DNA of 64,000 bases, from contig NC_081396.1 of the NCBI RefSeq assembly GCF_030684315.1, forward strand, positions 6,200,001-6,264,000, given 5' to 3'. The stretch comes from Stegostoma tigrinum (taxonomy: Eukaryota). Positions within the stretch are counted from its first letter, which is position 1. Every line of letters starts with the position of its first letter. The notes under the pieces were generated by a model. The model searched no databases and was not told where the DNA came from. It was given only the letters and a program-made list of their open reading frames with translations. Shown here piece by piece: positions 25,677-39,400 of this stretch. The translations under genes and the position numbers were made by a program.

Positions 25677-26216
25677 TTATTTATTCGCGTGGGTCTGCTG
25701 GTGTTTTTGCAGGTTGACCGACCGAGTGAATGCCTTCCCGCACTCTGAGCAGGAGTACGGCCTCTCCCCAGTGTGAGCTCGCCGGTGGTTCTTCAGGTTG
25801 GACAAACGGGCAAAACCCATCCCACAGTCGGAACAGGCAAATGGCCTCTCCCCTGTGTGAATCCGCCGGTGTTCCTGCAGGTTGGACGACCGAGTGAACC
25901 TCTTCCCGCAGTCCGAGCAGGTGAAGGGCCTCTCCCCCGTGTGAAGCCGCTGGTGGATCACCAGGGTGGACGACCCAGCAAAAGCCTTCCCGCACGTTGA
26001 GCAGGAGAACGGCTTCTCCCCAGTATGGCAGCGCCGGTGAGCTTCCAGGTCTGACGGGTAACCGAATGCTTTCCCGCAGTCGTCGCACTTCCACGGCTTC
26101 CCCAGCGTGTGACTGTGCTCATGTTTCCACAGTCCAGACAGTCGGCTGTAGGCCTGCCCACATACAGAGCACAGGTACCGTTTCTCCTCACTGTGAACAG
26201 CGCTGTTCAACGCCAT
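25677..26216 (-). CDS. tandem C2H2 zinc-finger protein, 6 fingers, about 179 aa
   Basis: Six intact fingers; start set at aacATGG ([12 protein letters not shown]) because the upstream part of the ORF crosses the conserved acceptor tttctgtttcaaatcagtttcacag near 26298. Confidence 0.85.
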   Translation of the reverse strand: MALNSAVHSEEKRYLCSVCGQAYSRLSGLWKHEHSHTLGKPWKCDDCGKAFGYPSDLEAHRRCHTGEKPFSCSTCGKAFAGSSTLVIHQRLHTGERPFTCSDCGKRFTRSSNLQEHRRIHTGERPFACSDCGMGFARLSNLKNHRRAHTGERPYSCSECGKAFTRSVNLQKHQQTHANK

Positions 26217-26429
26217 GTTCGAGTCTGAGAAACCGGGCAACTCGGTCAGATCTTGACGTTCAAATTTCCTGACTCCAGATCCCCCTCTTCTAATGCGCTG
26301 TGAAACTGATTTGAAACAGAAAAATAAAGGGGATGAAACAGAAGCCACAGGAATGCAAACAAATGTTCTGAAATTGAGCTGAATGAATGAGCAGCACTGG
26401 GAAAATGTCATAATGAGAAAAAGTGAGGA

Positions 26430-26690
26430 GCAGGTTGTACAGGACGTTGGTGAGGCCTCTTCCAGAATAGTGTGGCCAGTTCTGGTTGCCCTGTCATAGG
26501 AAGGACATTATTAAATTGGAGCGGGTTCAGAAAAGATTTGCCAGGATGTTGCTGGGAATGGAAGGTTTGAGTTATAAAGGTAGGCTGGGACTTTTTTCAT
26601 TGAAGTGTGGGTGACCTTATAAAGGTTTATAAAATTCTGAGGGGCATAGAGTTGGACCAAAGAGTCTGTTTCCATGGTATATGACTCTGG
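26430..26690 (+). mobile_element. CR1 3' fragment with internal deletion
   Basis: ttgtacaggacgttggtgaggcc...ttggagcgggttcagaaaagattt. Confidence 0.75.
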
Positions 26691-27279
26691 ATGTGTGTGA
26701 ATAACATCTACAACTGAGATCCCTTCTGCATCACAGACTGACCAACCTGTCTGATCAGTTCTAGAACAGAAATGTCCTCTGTTTAAATACTGGAAGGTCT
26801 GAAACCATAGTTTGTCATCTCTGCTAAAAACCCAACTCCGAAAGCACTAACTCTTTCTGACTCCCCGGTAACACACTTGCTTCCCGAACCCACAGACCCA
26901 ATACAAAAGCAGGCACTGACCACCACCATCTTTCTGGATTATCATATTCCTTTTGCTACTGCACCACCCCACTCCCCCATATTATGCCTGCCTTGCACCT
27001 GCTCCCCCACCTTCTCCTCTCCTCCCTTCCCCACCCCTGTCTCCAATATTCTCCTTCTTCCCTCCCACACCATATTTCCATTCCCCAACAAGTATGGATC
27101 CAACTACTTCTAAGAAAATCTCTCTGTACCCATGATCAACCTCATGAACCTTCTCTGAATGTACCACTGCCAGTACTTTGTCAGAAAATGGAGCGGATTT
27201 GATGGCCCAGCTTGCTGACTGCCTCTCCTAAATCTTACAGCCTTATGTATTTTCTTAAAATACTGTCAACAGTCCCATT

Positions 27280-27515
27280 TGAAATAACTCCACAAAGGCC
27301 AGTATCCTGTCACCAAATCACCCTTATTTTGTAACGTGGAGAGTTTTTGATACTAATCCAGCACACTCAGAGCTAGCTCTCGGATGGAACAGAACTGTGA
27401 AACTCCTGTTTATATCTGTCATCAGGACTCCCTGACTGAACCAGATTAACAGTCCCAAGGCAGGTAACTCATATTTTATGAGGTCTACCTGGCTGACCTC
27501 TTTATAATTACTACA
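27280..27515 (-). mobile_element. probable short solo LTR
   Basis: Minus strand starts TGTAGT and ends TTTCA, with TATA-like gatataaa and a polyA-like motif; no clear TSD. Confidence 0.45.
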
Positions 27516-27649
27516 TGTTTATCTAACTCTGGTCTATCTAGTGCCTTGTATAATGTTAGCAATATTTATATTCCCTCCAGAATAAAGGCCAGTCCATTTG
27601 TCTTCCCTTTCCTGCCGAACTTGGAAGCTAACTTTTTCTGATGTAACAC

Positions 27650-28760
27650 TAAAACACAGAAGTGGGCCATTCAGTCTGCTCCACCATTCAGTGAGAATGT
27701 GGCCGATCTGATAATCCTCAGCCCCTCTTTCCCCATAGTGTTCTGTTTGTTCATCTCAGCCCTGAATGTTCTTTATGACCCTAGCATCCACCCTGTCGAG
27801 GCCCTACAAATCTTGTATGTTTCAGGAAGGTCGCCTCTCATTTCGCTATATTTCACACAAGTACAGCCCCAAAACCTACTCAACCTCTTAAGACTGTTCC
27901 TCAGCCTAGCGGACCTTTTCTGGACTACCTCCAATGCCAGTATATCTTTCCTTCAACAAGGAGACCAAAACCGTTCATAGTATTTCAGCTGTGCCTTGAG
28001 CAATTTTAACAAGCACGGCTTTGATACTCCATCCCTTTGAAATTAAAAATTCTATTTGCCTTCCCTATTACCTTCTCAACTAGGATGCTAGCTTTTTGTG
28101 GTCATGGATGAGGACTCCCAAATCTCTCAGTTCTGTAGCTTCCCGCAGTCTTCATCCATTTAATAATAGTCAGCTCCTCTACTCTTCCGTACATTTCCCC
28201 ACATTATCTACAAAGCGTTTGCCCACTCACTCAACCTGTCAGCAGATTCTTTGTGTCATTCTCACCTTGGCCTTCCCCACTATATTTGTATCATCTGCAA
28301 ACTTGGGCAATAGTACAAATTCCCTTTCTTCATCCAAAGCATTAACATATAAACACTGTGAATAACTATGACCCCCAGAGGCACACCACTACTTACAGTT
28401 TGCCCAGGTGAATATGTCCCTCATTCTAACTCTGCCTTCAATTTGTTCACCAATCCTCTACCCGTGCTAATATTAAATCTCCAGCACTGTGAGCTTTTAC
28501 TGCATAGCCTCATACATGGTACTTTATCAAACACCATCCGAAAGTCCAAAAACTTTACACCCACTGCTTCCCCTTTGTCTACGCTGCTTGTTACTTCCTC
28601 AAAGAATTCTAGTACTTTTGACAGGTGTGATTTCCCTTTCCCGAAGCCATGCTGACTCTGCTTGATTGTGTTATGCATTACTAAATGCTCTTGCATCCTT
28701 GCTAACAGCATCCATAATTTTCACCATCACTGATGTTAATCTAATTGGCCAAAAGTTAGC
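27650..28760 (-). mobile_element. CR1 fragment (RT)
   Basis: IKQSQHGFGKGKS...LEFFEEVTSSVDKGEAV...FLDF...FDKVP peptide. Confidence 0.85.
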
Positions 28761-28789
28761 ATCATTGTTTCCCTCCCCTTTTGTAACAT

Positions 28790-29550
28790 CCCAAATGTTG
28801 CATTTTGATAGGGCAAGTCAGGGCAGGACATAGACAGTTTACACTAGGGTCCCGGAGAATGTTGCTGAACAAAGAGACCTTGGAGTGTAGGTTCCTTGAA
28901 AGTGGAGTCACAAGTTGACAGGGTGGTGAAGTAGGCGTTTGGCACCCTTGCCTTTATTGGTCAGTGCATTGAGTAGTGGAGTTAGGACGTCGTGTTGTGG
29001 CAGTACAGGACATTAGTGGGTCTACATTTGGAATACTGCATGCAATTATGGTCTTCCTGCTACAGAATGATGCTGTTAAACTTGAGAGAGTGCAGAAAAG
29101 ATTTACAAGAATGTTGCTGGGGTTAGAGGACTTGCAATATAAGGAAAGGCTGGGGCTATGTTCCCTGGAGCATAAGAGGCTGAGGAGTGACCTTATAGAG
29201 GTTTACAAAATCATGAGGGGCATGGATAGGGTGAATAGCCAAGGTCTTTTTCCCAGGGTAGGGGAGTCCAAAACTAGAAGGCATGGATTTAAGGTGAGAG
29301 GGGTAAGATTTCAAAGGGACCTAAGGGGTAACATCTTCACGCAGAGGGTGGTGCATGTATGGAATGAGCTGTGAGAGGAAGTGGTGGAGACTGGTACAAT
29401 TACAACAATGAAAAGGCATCTGGATGGGTACGTGAACAGGAAGGGTTTGAAGGGATATGGGCCAAATGGAACTAGATTCATTTAGGACATCATGGTTGAT
29501 GTGGACAATTTGGACCCAAGGGTCTGTTTCCATGCTGTACGGCTCTATGA
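28790..29550 (+). mobile_element. CR1 3' fragment
   Basis: KLERVQKRFTRML...LRSDLIEVYKIMRGMDRV peptide. Confidence 0.9.
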
Positions 29551-30099
29551 ATCTTGGACCATTCTAGAATTTAAGGATTCTTGGAAGATTACTACCAGTG
29601 AATCCACTATCTCTGCAGCTATTTCCTCTCATATCAAGAGGGTCTCACATCCAAGGGAGTCATCAATAATTTCTGCATGATAATTATTGTATTTATTTCT
29701 TCCTCTCCCCCCACCAACTTGTGTTCCTCGATTGTTCAGTAATTTTGCGATGCTGTTTGTGTTTTCTCCTGTGAAGACAGATGCAATGTATTTAATTCAT
29801 GTGCCATTTTCTGGTTCCCCATTATTATCTCCCCAGCTTTATTCTCTAGGGGACCTATGTTCAATTTGGCCTTCACAGAATCTCTTGCTATCTGTTTTGA
29901 TTGACTGTCTGTGAAGTTCAACATACACCATGAGCTTTACCAAATACCCTTCAATCACAACACATCCTACATCCTCAAAGAACTCCAACAGATAATTTCA
30001 GCATGATTTCTCCTTTACTGAAGCATGTTGACTCTGTCCTATTTCAACTTATACAAATGGTCTTCTATAAATTGTTTGACTTGTTTCCCTTTTGATTAT

Positions 30100-32235
30100 C
30101 ATTCATATAAAAGATTTGGATGAGAATATATGAGACACATTTAGTAAGTTTGTGGATGACACCAAGATTGGTGGTATAGTGGACAGAGAAAAAGGTTACC
30201 GAAGATTACAAAGGGATCTTGGTCGATTGGGTCAATGTGCTGAGGAATGGCAGATGGAGTTTAATTTGGATAAACGTGAGGTATAGTAATTTGGTAAAAC
30301 AAACAAAAGCAAGAGTTACACTATTAAAAGTAGGGCCTTTGATAGTTTTGTAGAACAGACAGACCCACAGGTACAGGTACAGGTACATAATTCTTTGAAA
30401 TTCATGTCAGACATAGACGAGCTGGTTAAGAAGGCATTTACCATGCGTGTCTTCATTGCTCAGAGTATAGGAGTTGGAATGTCTTGTTCAGTATGCTAAG
30501 GCGTTGGTGAGGCCTCTTCTGGAGTACTCTGTCCAGCTCTGGTTGCCCTGTCACAGGGAGGACATTATTAAATTGGAGAGGGTTCAGCAAAGATTTGCCA
30601 GGATGTTGCCGAGAATGGAAGGTTTGAGTTATAAAGAAGGTGGGGACTTTTTTCATTGAACCTTAGGCAGTTAAGGGATGACCTTATAGGGGCTTATAAA
30701 ATCATGAGGGGCATAGCTAAGGTGAAGAGCAAGGGCCTTTTCCCTTGGGGGGGGTGAAATTTCAAGACTAGGGGACATTTTTTTAAGGTGAGAGGAGAAA
30801 AATTTTTAAAAAGACATGAGAACCATGTTTTTTTTACATGCAGCGGTTCGTGTGTAAAAAAAATGCCAGAAGTGGTGGACGCAGGTACAGTTACAAAGTT
30901 GAAAAAACATTTGAATAAGATCATGAATAGGAAGGGTTTCAAGGGATATGGGCCAAGCACAGGCAGGTGGGACTGTTTTGTTTGGGCACTTGGTCAGCAT
31001 GGATTGGTTGGGCTGAAGGGTCTGTTTTCATGCTATATGACTATTTTGCCTCGGGCAGATGTTAAGCTAACTAGCTTCTGGTTTCCAGCATACTCTGTCC
31101 CTTTTTTGAACATAAGGAGTTACTGATCTTACCTTTCACTATAATGGGACCTTCCCTGAATTGGGGGCCTTTTGGATCATTAAGCCTCCAGTTATTTCTA
31201 ATCAAAGAGCTCCTCACAAATCATATAGAGTCATACAGATATCTAAAAACAATTTCAGTTGTTGGATATGTGTGCCCAGATCAACTTGTCTATCAACTCG
31301 AAGTAAGGAGGTATTTCTTCTCTCCAAGGGGATGTGAAACTGTGCAATTCTTCACTGCAGAGGACTGTCGAGGCTGGGTCATTCAGTATATTCAAGGCGG
31401 AGATTATTAGAATTTTAATCTGGAAGGGAATTGAGGGATATGGGGAAAAAGGCAGGAAAGCGGGAGTTGCAGGTAATCAGATCAGCTACGATTTCATTGA
31501 ATGGGCTGAGGAGTGGCAGATGGAGTTTAATTTCGATGAATGTGAGGCACTGCATTTTGGAAAGGCAAATCAGGGCAGGACTTGTACACTTAATGGTCAA
31601 GTCCCTGGGGAGTTTTACCCAAAAAAAGAGACCTAGGAGAATGAAGGTTCATAGTTCCTTGAAAGTGGAGTTGCAGGTCGACAGGGTAGTGAAGAAGGTG
31701 TTTAGTATGCCCACCTTTATTGGTCACTATATCGAGGAATGGAGTTAGAATGTCATGTTGGTTGGATGAGGCATTGGTTTGGCCACTTTTGGACACTGTG
31801 TTCAATTCCGATCTGCCTGCTGTAGGAAATATATTGTGAAACTTGAAAAGGTGCAGAAAAGATTTACAAAGCTATTTACTGGCTTGGATGGTTTCAGCTA
31901 TAGGGAGAGGCTGGGCCTGTTATCCCTGGAGTGTTGAATGTTGAGGTGTGAATTTATACAGATTTATAAAATCATGAGTGGCGTGGATAGGACGAATAGT
32001 CAAGGTCTTTTTCCCAGGGGACGGGAGTCCAAAACTATAGGGTACAGGTTAAAGGCGAGAGGGGAAAGACTTAAAAAGGATCTACGGGGTAACTTTTTCA
32101 CGCAGAGGGTAGTGTGTGTGTCTGGGACAAGCTGCCAGAGGAAGTAGTGAAGACTGGCACAATGATAACATTTAAAAGGCATCCAATGGATGTCTGACTA
32201 GGAAGGGTTCAGCGGGACATGGGCCAAATGCTAGT
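30100..32235 (+). mobile_element. stacked CR1 3' fragments
   Basis: KFVDDTKIG, LVRPLLEYSVQLW and WAEEWQMEFN motifs in at least three pieces. Confidence 0.8.
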
Positions 32236-32294
32236 GAAGGTCACCCTGAGGTCATGGCAGCTCATGTTGGCATTCCACCCATTGTTGTGGAAGC

Positions 32295-32865
32295 TATGAC
32301 TGACGTGCGCCCGGGCCAATACGAACGAAGGGGGCGGGCTTGGAAGACTCAAGGCGACAACTGGTCCTCCCACCAATCAGAGGGGCGGGGCCCAGCATCG
32401 ACGGCCGCTGCCCGCCGCCTGGTCCTGACGACGTCCATTTTATCGCGGGCCGCCTACTGAGAGAAACGCGTGACTGGGAGCTGGGCATTCGGGGGTTTTT
32501 CATTGGCACCAGCTTTGTTTCTGCCAATGAAAACGTCTTTCCACCGAAACTATGCTGCAGCGCCTCACCGTCGCTGTTTCACTCACCCAGCAGCGGAATT
32601 AAGCGCCTCGCCCCTTTTCCCCCACCCCCGGAGCCGTTAGTCCAGTTCCCGCATGCGCAGCTGACGGCCGGCACCGATTGACGCTAGATCCGACCAATAG
32701 GAAGTGGAAGGGCGGCTGGAGGTTCCCCGCGGAGATGGAGGCCCTCCAACCAATCGGCGTCAATGAGGGGGCGGGACTGGAGGACTGGCGTTGAAGCCTT
32801 TGGTCCTCCAACCAATTGGAATGGCTCAAGGGCACCACCGGTACCTGACGTCATTAGTGCGGCCA
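32295..32865 (-). promoter_or_regulatory. CpG-island promoter, probably of the ZNF gene at 25677-26216
   Basis: CCAAT + GC-box pairs, NRF1-type CGCATGCGCA at about 32650, CRE TGACGTCA at 32846-32853, minus-strand donor GG|GTGAGT at 32586-32581. Confidence 0.65.
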
Positions 32866-33299
32866 TTCAACCCATCGTCTAGTGCGTATGCTGTTCAAAT
32901 GAGCAGCTTTACCCTACCTGCTACTCCCTATCTCCTCTGTCCAGCTCACTCGTCGTTTGGAAAACCTCTATCACGATTCCTCTTAGCTTTCTTCTTACAT
33001 GGCAGAACAGTGCCAACTTCTCCAATCTATCAACTTAACAGAGGTTTCTCATTGTTTCTCCAAATGTTTTCATATCCTTTCCCAAACGTGGCACCCAGAA
33101 CTATAGAACAAGTTCAACCTCATCTCCTCCCTGTTATACTTTATGCCCTTCTTAATAAAGTCAAGATTCTCTCTGCGTGTTCTGTCACCTTCAATGATTT
33201 GTGCACAAACATAACCAGGTGCCTTTTCTCACGGACCCTCTGAAGAAATGTACCCCCAATTTTACATTGGCAGAAAGAGCATTTCAAGATCACATTGCC

Positions 33300-34625
33300 T
33301 TGGTGGTTGAAGGCAGAGCATGCTGGTAGGGGGTTGCAACTCAGACTGGAGTGTGCCACAAGGATCAGTGCCAGGTCCACCATTCTTTGCCATTTACATC
33401 AACAATCTGAATGAGAATACAGGAGGTACGGTTAGCAAGTTTGCAGATGACACCAAAACCGGTGGTGTAATGGATAGTGAAGAAGGTTACCTAAGAGTAC
33501 AACGAGATCTTGATCAGATGGGCCGAGATGTGGCAGATACAGGTTAGAGAAATGCGAGGTGTTGCATTTTGGTAAGTCAAACCAGGGCAGGACTTACACA
33601 GTCAATGCTAGGGTCCTGAGGAGTTTCATAGGGGTTCAGATACACAGTTCCTTGAAGATGGCATCACAGGCAGACAGGATGGTGAAGAAGGTTTTGTGGC
33701 AATCAGAACATTGAGTATCAGAGTTGGAATGCATGTTACACCAGTACAAGACACTAGTGAGGCCTCTTTTAGAATACTGCACACAATTATGGTTGCCCTT
33801 CTTAAGCAAAAACATTGTTACCTGATGGTGGGTGTGTTCACAACCAGTATGAGGATTCAGGGTAGATGATTTAGGAGGGAGGTGAGGAGACATTTCTTCA
33901 CCCAAAGAATGGTGAGCCTGTGGAATTCATTACCACAGGAAGTAGTTGGTGCCAAAACATTGAATGTATTCCAGAGGCAACTAGATATAGCACTTGGGGC
34001 GAATGGGGCTAAAGGTTTTGGGGAGAAAGCAGGATTAGGCCTTTGAGTTGGGACAATCAGCCATGATCATGAAGAATGGCAGAGAAGGCTCAAGGGCTGA
34101 ATGGCCCCCTCCTGCTCCTATCTTCTATGTTCCTACATAAACTAGAAAGGGCGCAGAAAAGATTTGCAAGCATATCGCCAGTACTGGAGGGTTTGAATTA
34201 TAAGGAGAGGGTGGATGGGCTGTGACCACTTTTTCCCCTGGGGTATTGGAGGCTGAGGCATTTTTTTACAGAGGTTTATAAAATCTTGCGGCATAGATAA
34301 GGGGAATAGCCGAGGTCATCTCCCCCCGGGTGGGGGGAGTTCAAAACTAGAGGGGCATAGGTTTAAGGCGAGAGGGGTAAGATTTAAAATGGACCCGAGG
34401 GGTAAATTTTTCACACAGAGGGTTGCGTCTACATGTAACAAGCTACCAGAAAGAGTGGAGTAGGCAGGTACAGTTATAACATTTAAAAGACACTTGGACA
34501 GGTAAATGGATAGGAACGGTTTACAGGATGTGGGCTAAATGCAGACAAGTTGAACCAGTTCACTTTGAGACATTTGGTCAGCATGAACAAGATGGACCGA
34601 AGAGACTGTTTCCATGCTGCATGAT
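33300..34625 (+). mobile_element. CR1 fragment with nested second CR1 3' end
   Basis: VPQGSVPGP...KFADDTKTG; a different 3' end at about 33850-34135 interrupts it. Confidence 0.8.
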
Positions 34626-35214
34626 AACTCAAAGTGCACCATCTCCTCACACGTCTCTGCATTGAACCTCATCCACTCACTCTGCTATTTCCTTCGGGAG
34701 TTCTGCACACAAGCCTCCCACCAAGCTTTGTGTGATAATATTTCCAAGTTACTGTTAGATCGGTGGAGCAATGCCTCACTGTAACTTGCCAAGAGCACAG
34801 CCATTGAAGTGTAAAGTGGATAAATGGTAGGTTTGGTAGCAAAAACAGGAATCATCTGAATGCTTCAGGCTTGGAAGGGGGTGGTGTACCCATATATCTG
34901 CTTCACCTTGTCCTTCTAGTTGGTAGAGGTCATGGGTTTGGAAGCAGCTGTCTGAAGTTTGGTGACTTTCTGCAGTACATCTTGTAAACGGTACACACTG
35001 CTGCTACTGAGCATCAGTGGATGGGGGAGAGTGGATGTTTGCGGATATGGTGCCAATCGAGCTGGGGCTGCTTTGTCGCTGGATGGTGCCAAGCTTCTCG
35101 AGTGTCATCGGAGCCGCACCCATCCCAGGCAGGAAAACAAAGGTTCTGTGACAGAAATGACTGAGAAATGAAATAGAGCCCATGGCCGGACACAATAACG
35201 TCACACAAACCGAA

Positions 35215-35430
35215 AAAAGAAACGGCAGACGCTGCAAATCGGGAACAAAAACAGAAGTTGCTGGAAAAGCTCAGTAGGCCTGGTACCACCTGTGCAGAGA
35301 AATCAGAGTTAACGTTTCGGGCCAGTGACCCTTCCTCAGAATTGACAATAGCTGGGAAAATGTTGGTTTATATGCAGAAGAGGGTGAGGGAAGGGAGAAT
35401 GGAGGAAACGAGAGTGGGGATAGAGCCCAA
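35215..35430 (-). mobile_element. Penelope-like end with intact hammerhead motif
   Basis: Minus strand CTGAGGA-AGGGTCACTGGCCC-GAAACGTT at 35339-35311. Confidence 0.75.
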
Positions 35431-35804
35431 AATGTTAATAACTTTATGATAATGGTATGCTCTCAGCAGTAGGCCAGGCGCTCAGGCGATGAACCGAAAA
35501 CAAAGCCATTTTCAGTCTTTCAGAAAATAATGGAATATCTGGATATCAACCGTCAGAAAAACATCAGTACAATGCAGACTCATGTAACAGCAAAATTTAC
35601 AAAATGAATTAATGGTTTAATGCATTACATTTCGAATAAGAAAAACTTGTCAACATGCTATTAAGTTAGCAACATGTTGCTTAAAGAAAAAAAAACATAC
35701 AATGCACAAAACGCACCCCGCCCCGACTAGTTTTTGACCTTGGTTCAGAATAACCAGATTAGAACAATGCACTCAAAACTCTATCTCATGAGTTCTCCAC
35801 GAAT

Positions 35805-35824
35805 ATCCAGTGGGTCAGGCAACA

Positions 35825-35871
<47 letters not shown>

Positions 35872-36310
35872 ACAGAGAGAGAGGCGGGGAGGGAGGGAGA
35901 GAGAGAAAGGGAGAGCAAGCTATCGTTTCGAGTGTAGGTGACTCTTTATCAGAGCTGGTGAGGAAGGAGTCAGAAGTCACATGACACCAGGTTATAGTCC
36001 AATGGGTTTATTTGAAATCACAAGGTTTCAAAGCGTAGTACCTACGTCAGGTTGCTATGGCCTGGTGTCGTGTGACTTCTGACTGTCCACCCCAGCCCAA
36101 CATCAGTACCTCCACATCACGGGTGTTGGAGCAGGCAGCATTTATGGTAGAGTGGGGCTGCTCCCTCCACACTACAGTTCTGATGAAGAGTCGTCTCACC
36201 TCGAAACGTTGGCCTGCTTTGTCTCTATGGATAACACATGACCCACTGCGATGTCCAGCACATTTTTTTTCTGTTCAGATTTCAGCGTCTGCAGTAATTT
36301 GCTCCGGTTG
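35805..36310. mobile_element. nested Penelope-like ends and (GA)n tract
   Basis: Mutated core on minus near 35925-35952, inverted pair 35968-36085, plus-strand CTGATGA...GAAACGTT at 36180-36210. Confidence 0.6.
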
Positions 36311-36570
36311 TCTGACGGGTCTCTGATTTTCATGGCTTGTGCAATTGAATTGAAGACATACTAACCAATGTCTCAGTGTGTCCTGGTTTCTGAGCTTGTT
36401 TAAAAAGCAGCCTGGGTGTGGAAAATTCTGTGGAAATGCCGCTTTAGAGAGGCAATTCCTTGTAACCGTTTGATGTGACTCCAGTTTCCCCACAGGAATC
36501 TGCTGAATCGCCTCTCTCCAATCTGCAATCGAAGTTTCTTTCTGTTGTGATGACAATCAAACCCTCTTCT

Positions 36571-36571
<1 letters not shown>

Positions 36572-36609
<38 letters not shown>
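36572..36609. repeat. (CA)n microsatellite
   Basis: Direct reading. Confidence 0.95.
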
Positions 36610-36613
<4 letters not shown>

Positions 36614-36989
36614 CTGCAATAACCCAGGTCCCAGTACCAACAACGGCGCATGCCGCCTTGTCAACACATTCTCCCTGTTAATATTGCGAGCATGTCGCAA
36701 AACTGGGACAACTGTCCCCCACACTCGTGACGCACCAAATGTACTCGTGCAGTCATACCTGAAAATTACATCTGCTTCGCCATCCCTGGGTAAACACACT
36801 GTCATGTCAACAGGACTGGCCCACCAGAGGTACTGGCATGGTGGTACAGACACAGGGAGAGGTACCCTGGGGGTTCTTAACACCGATTCTGGACCCCGTG
36901 AAGTCTCGTGGCTGATAAGTCCGTACAAGTCCATGCTGAATGCCAACGGAAAATCGCAAAGGCACAATCTACAAGGGGGGGGGGGGGGG

Positions 36990-37265
36990 GCACTTAGGTT
37001 CGATTCCAGCCTCGGGTGACTGTCTACGTGGAGTTTGCACGTTCTCCCCGTGTCCGCATGGGTCTCCTCCCACAGTCCAAAACTGTGCTGAATGGCCACG
37101 CTAAATTGTCCAGGGACGTGCAGGCTAGATGGGTTAGCCATGGGAAATGCAGGGTTACAGGAATGTCGTGGGGCGTCGAGTCTGGCTGGGATGCTCTTCG
37201 GAGAGTTGGTGCGGACTTGATGGGCTGAAATGGCCAGCTTCGACACTGTGGGAATTCTGTGACAC
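36990..37265 (+). mobile_element. V-SINE (HE1-like), 5' truncated
   Basis: ggttcgattcc B-box followed by V-domain gtggagtttgcacgttctccccgtgtc. Confidence 0.75.
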
Positions 37266-37914
37266 TTAACACTTTGTTGCTGTTGGAACCAGTAGAACAA
37301 GATTGCACATTTTTAAACAAAAGACAAATATTATTGTACACAAGTAAACAAACACTATTAAATAATACAGTTTAGAGCAACACGTGCAGACAGGTATTAC
37401 TCCTTACTTTTCCCAAAGCATTTTCTTATAAAACACATCAAGCATAAAAATGATTTACTTCTGTAGGGACTATCCATGGGTCTGCTGTAGTCTTTGAAAA
37501 CAACTTTCAACCTCTTCAGCACTGGTTATTTCCAGCGATGAAGGTTTATTTCCCATCTCTAGCTTCATTCTTTTGTTCCAGTTACATTCCAAGCTGAACT
37601 GCTGGTTGTCTTCCCCAGCACCAGACGCTGTAAGGACCTCCATAGTTTCTTCCACTGGTTTCAAGTCAGGCACGCTTACACCTTCTGTTCTCTCAGGGGA
37701 CTCAGTCTGAGACTAAGCCTTGCCCACATTCCACACGGTGAATGATGACATTAGTTTCTTGTCACTCTGCTTACAGCGCAGGTCTACCTGTCATGTACAT
37801 TGGTTGTCTTCTCTCAGTAGGTGGAAAATACCAATTTCAAGCAACAGTTGATGCCTTTATAGTACTGGGTGCCTTTCAAAAGTTAGTTCCTGGAATCTGG
37901 CGCGGTTAGCGTCG

Positions 37915-39400
37915 ATTTCCCTTAAGAAGGCACAAGCGAGCTGCCTTCATGAAGCACTGTAGGTAGACAGACCCACAATGCCTGTGGGCCGGGAATTCAG
38001 GACTTGGACCCAGTGACAGTGAAGGAACGGCTGACATATTTCCAACTTGGAATGAGTGGCCGCTCGGAGGGGAGCTTGCAGGGAATGGCGTTCCCAAGTA
38101 TTTCTTGGCTCCGTCCTTCTCGTTTAAAAGTTGGAAGGTGAGACCGAATGGGCCTTAGAGAGTTACACAGTGCGTAATGTAGATGGCACATGCTGCTACC
38201 GTTGCATGGCAGTGGTGAACGTAGTTAGGTTACTAGGCAAGTGGGCTGCTTTGTCCCTGGACGACGTCGACCTTCTCGAGTGCTGTTGGAGCCACACCCA
38301 TCCAGGGCAAGTGGGGAGTATCCCATCACCCTCCTGACTTGTGCCTTGTAGATGGTGGGACAGGGGTCTTGGAGGGGGGGGGGGGGGGGGGGGGGGGGTA
38401 GTGAGTCAGGAGGAGAGTGACCCTCTAAGATTCCCAGACTCTGGCCAGCTCTTGTAGCCAATGTGTTTACATTGGCTGGTTCAGTTCAGTTTCTGGTCAA
38501 TGGTAACCCCCAGGATGTTGACAGTGGGTGGGGAAATTCAGTGATGGTAACGCCATTGAATGTCACGGGGCCACGGCTAGAATGTCAATTGTAGGGGATG
38601 GCCATTGCCTGGCTGAGAATGCTGTTTCCCACAGATCTTGCTGCGTATGAACACAACCGAGGAGTCGCCAACGGTGCTGAACATTGTGCAATCATCGGCG
38701 AGCATCCCCACTTCTGACCTCATGATGGAGGGAAGGTCATTGATGAAGCGGCTGAAGATGGCTGGGCCTAGGACACCACCCCGGGGAACTCTTGCAGAGA
38801 TGTCCTGGAGCTGAGATGACTGACCTCCAACAACCATGACCATCTTCATATGTGCTAAGTATGACGCCAACCACTGGAGTCTTCCCCCTCCAACCCTGGA
38901 TTCCCATTCACTCTAGTTTTGCTGAGCATCCTTGAGGCCTCAGTTGAGTCAGATGAGACTTTCACTCAGCACACCTCTGGAGTTTGGTCCTTTAGTCCAT
39001 GTTTGGTCAGAGACCATAATGATGTCAAGAGCTGACAGGCTCTGGTGGAAACCCAAATGAGCACATTACTCCTATTGATGAGACCTTCCAGCGCGTTGCT
39101 GACGGCTGAGCGCACACTGTTGAGGCAATAATTAAGTCAGACAGAATCTGTTTGACGCTCAGGACATACCTGAGCTATTTTCCACATTGTCAGTCAGATG
39201 CCAATATTGTAGCTGCAGCAGAACAGTTTGGCTGGGGGTAGGGGATGCAGTCACTTCTGCAGCGCAAGTCTTCAGTGCGACGGCCAGTCTGTCTTCACTT
39301 CACAGAGTCTCTGCAGGATCCTACGTCTTCGGCTGTTTCTTCGTGCCACGTGCGAGTGAATCGAATTGGCTGAAGGCCGTCACCAGCAATAATGAGGGGT
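37915..39400 (-). mobile_element. L2-like LINE fragment
   Basis: DISARVPRGGVLGPAIFSRFINDLPSIMRSEVGMLADDCT RT peptide; related piece at 34830-35130. Confidence 0.7.

Noticed and set aside
26217-26411. 65-aa N-terminal extension of the 244-aa ORF
   Set aside because: Runs through the conserved polypyrimidine tract and acceptor, so the first part is most likely intronic
36557-37300. 247-aa minus-strand ORF
   Set aside because: Spans a SINE, a poly-G run and a (CA)n repeat; no domain
38374-38398. Long poly-G runs (also near 9460 and 36976)
   Set aside because: Simple homopolymers of uncertain length; no supportable function
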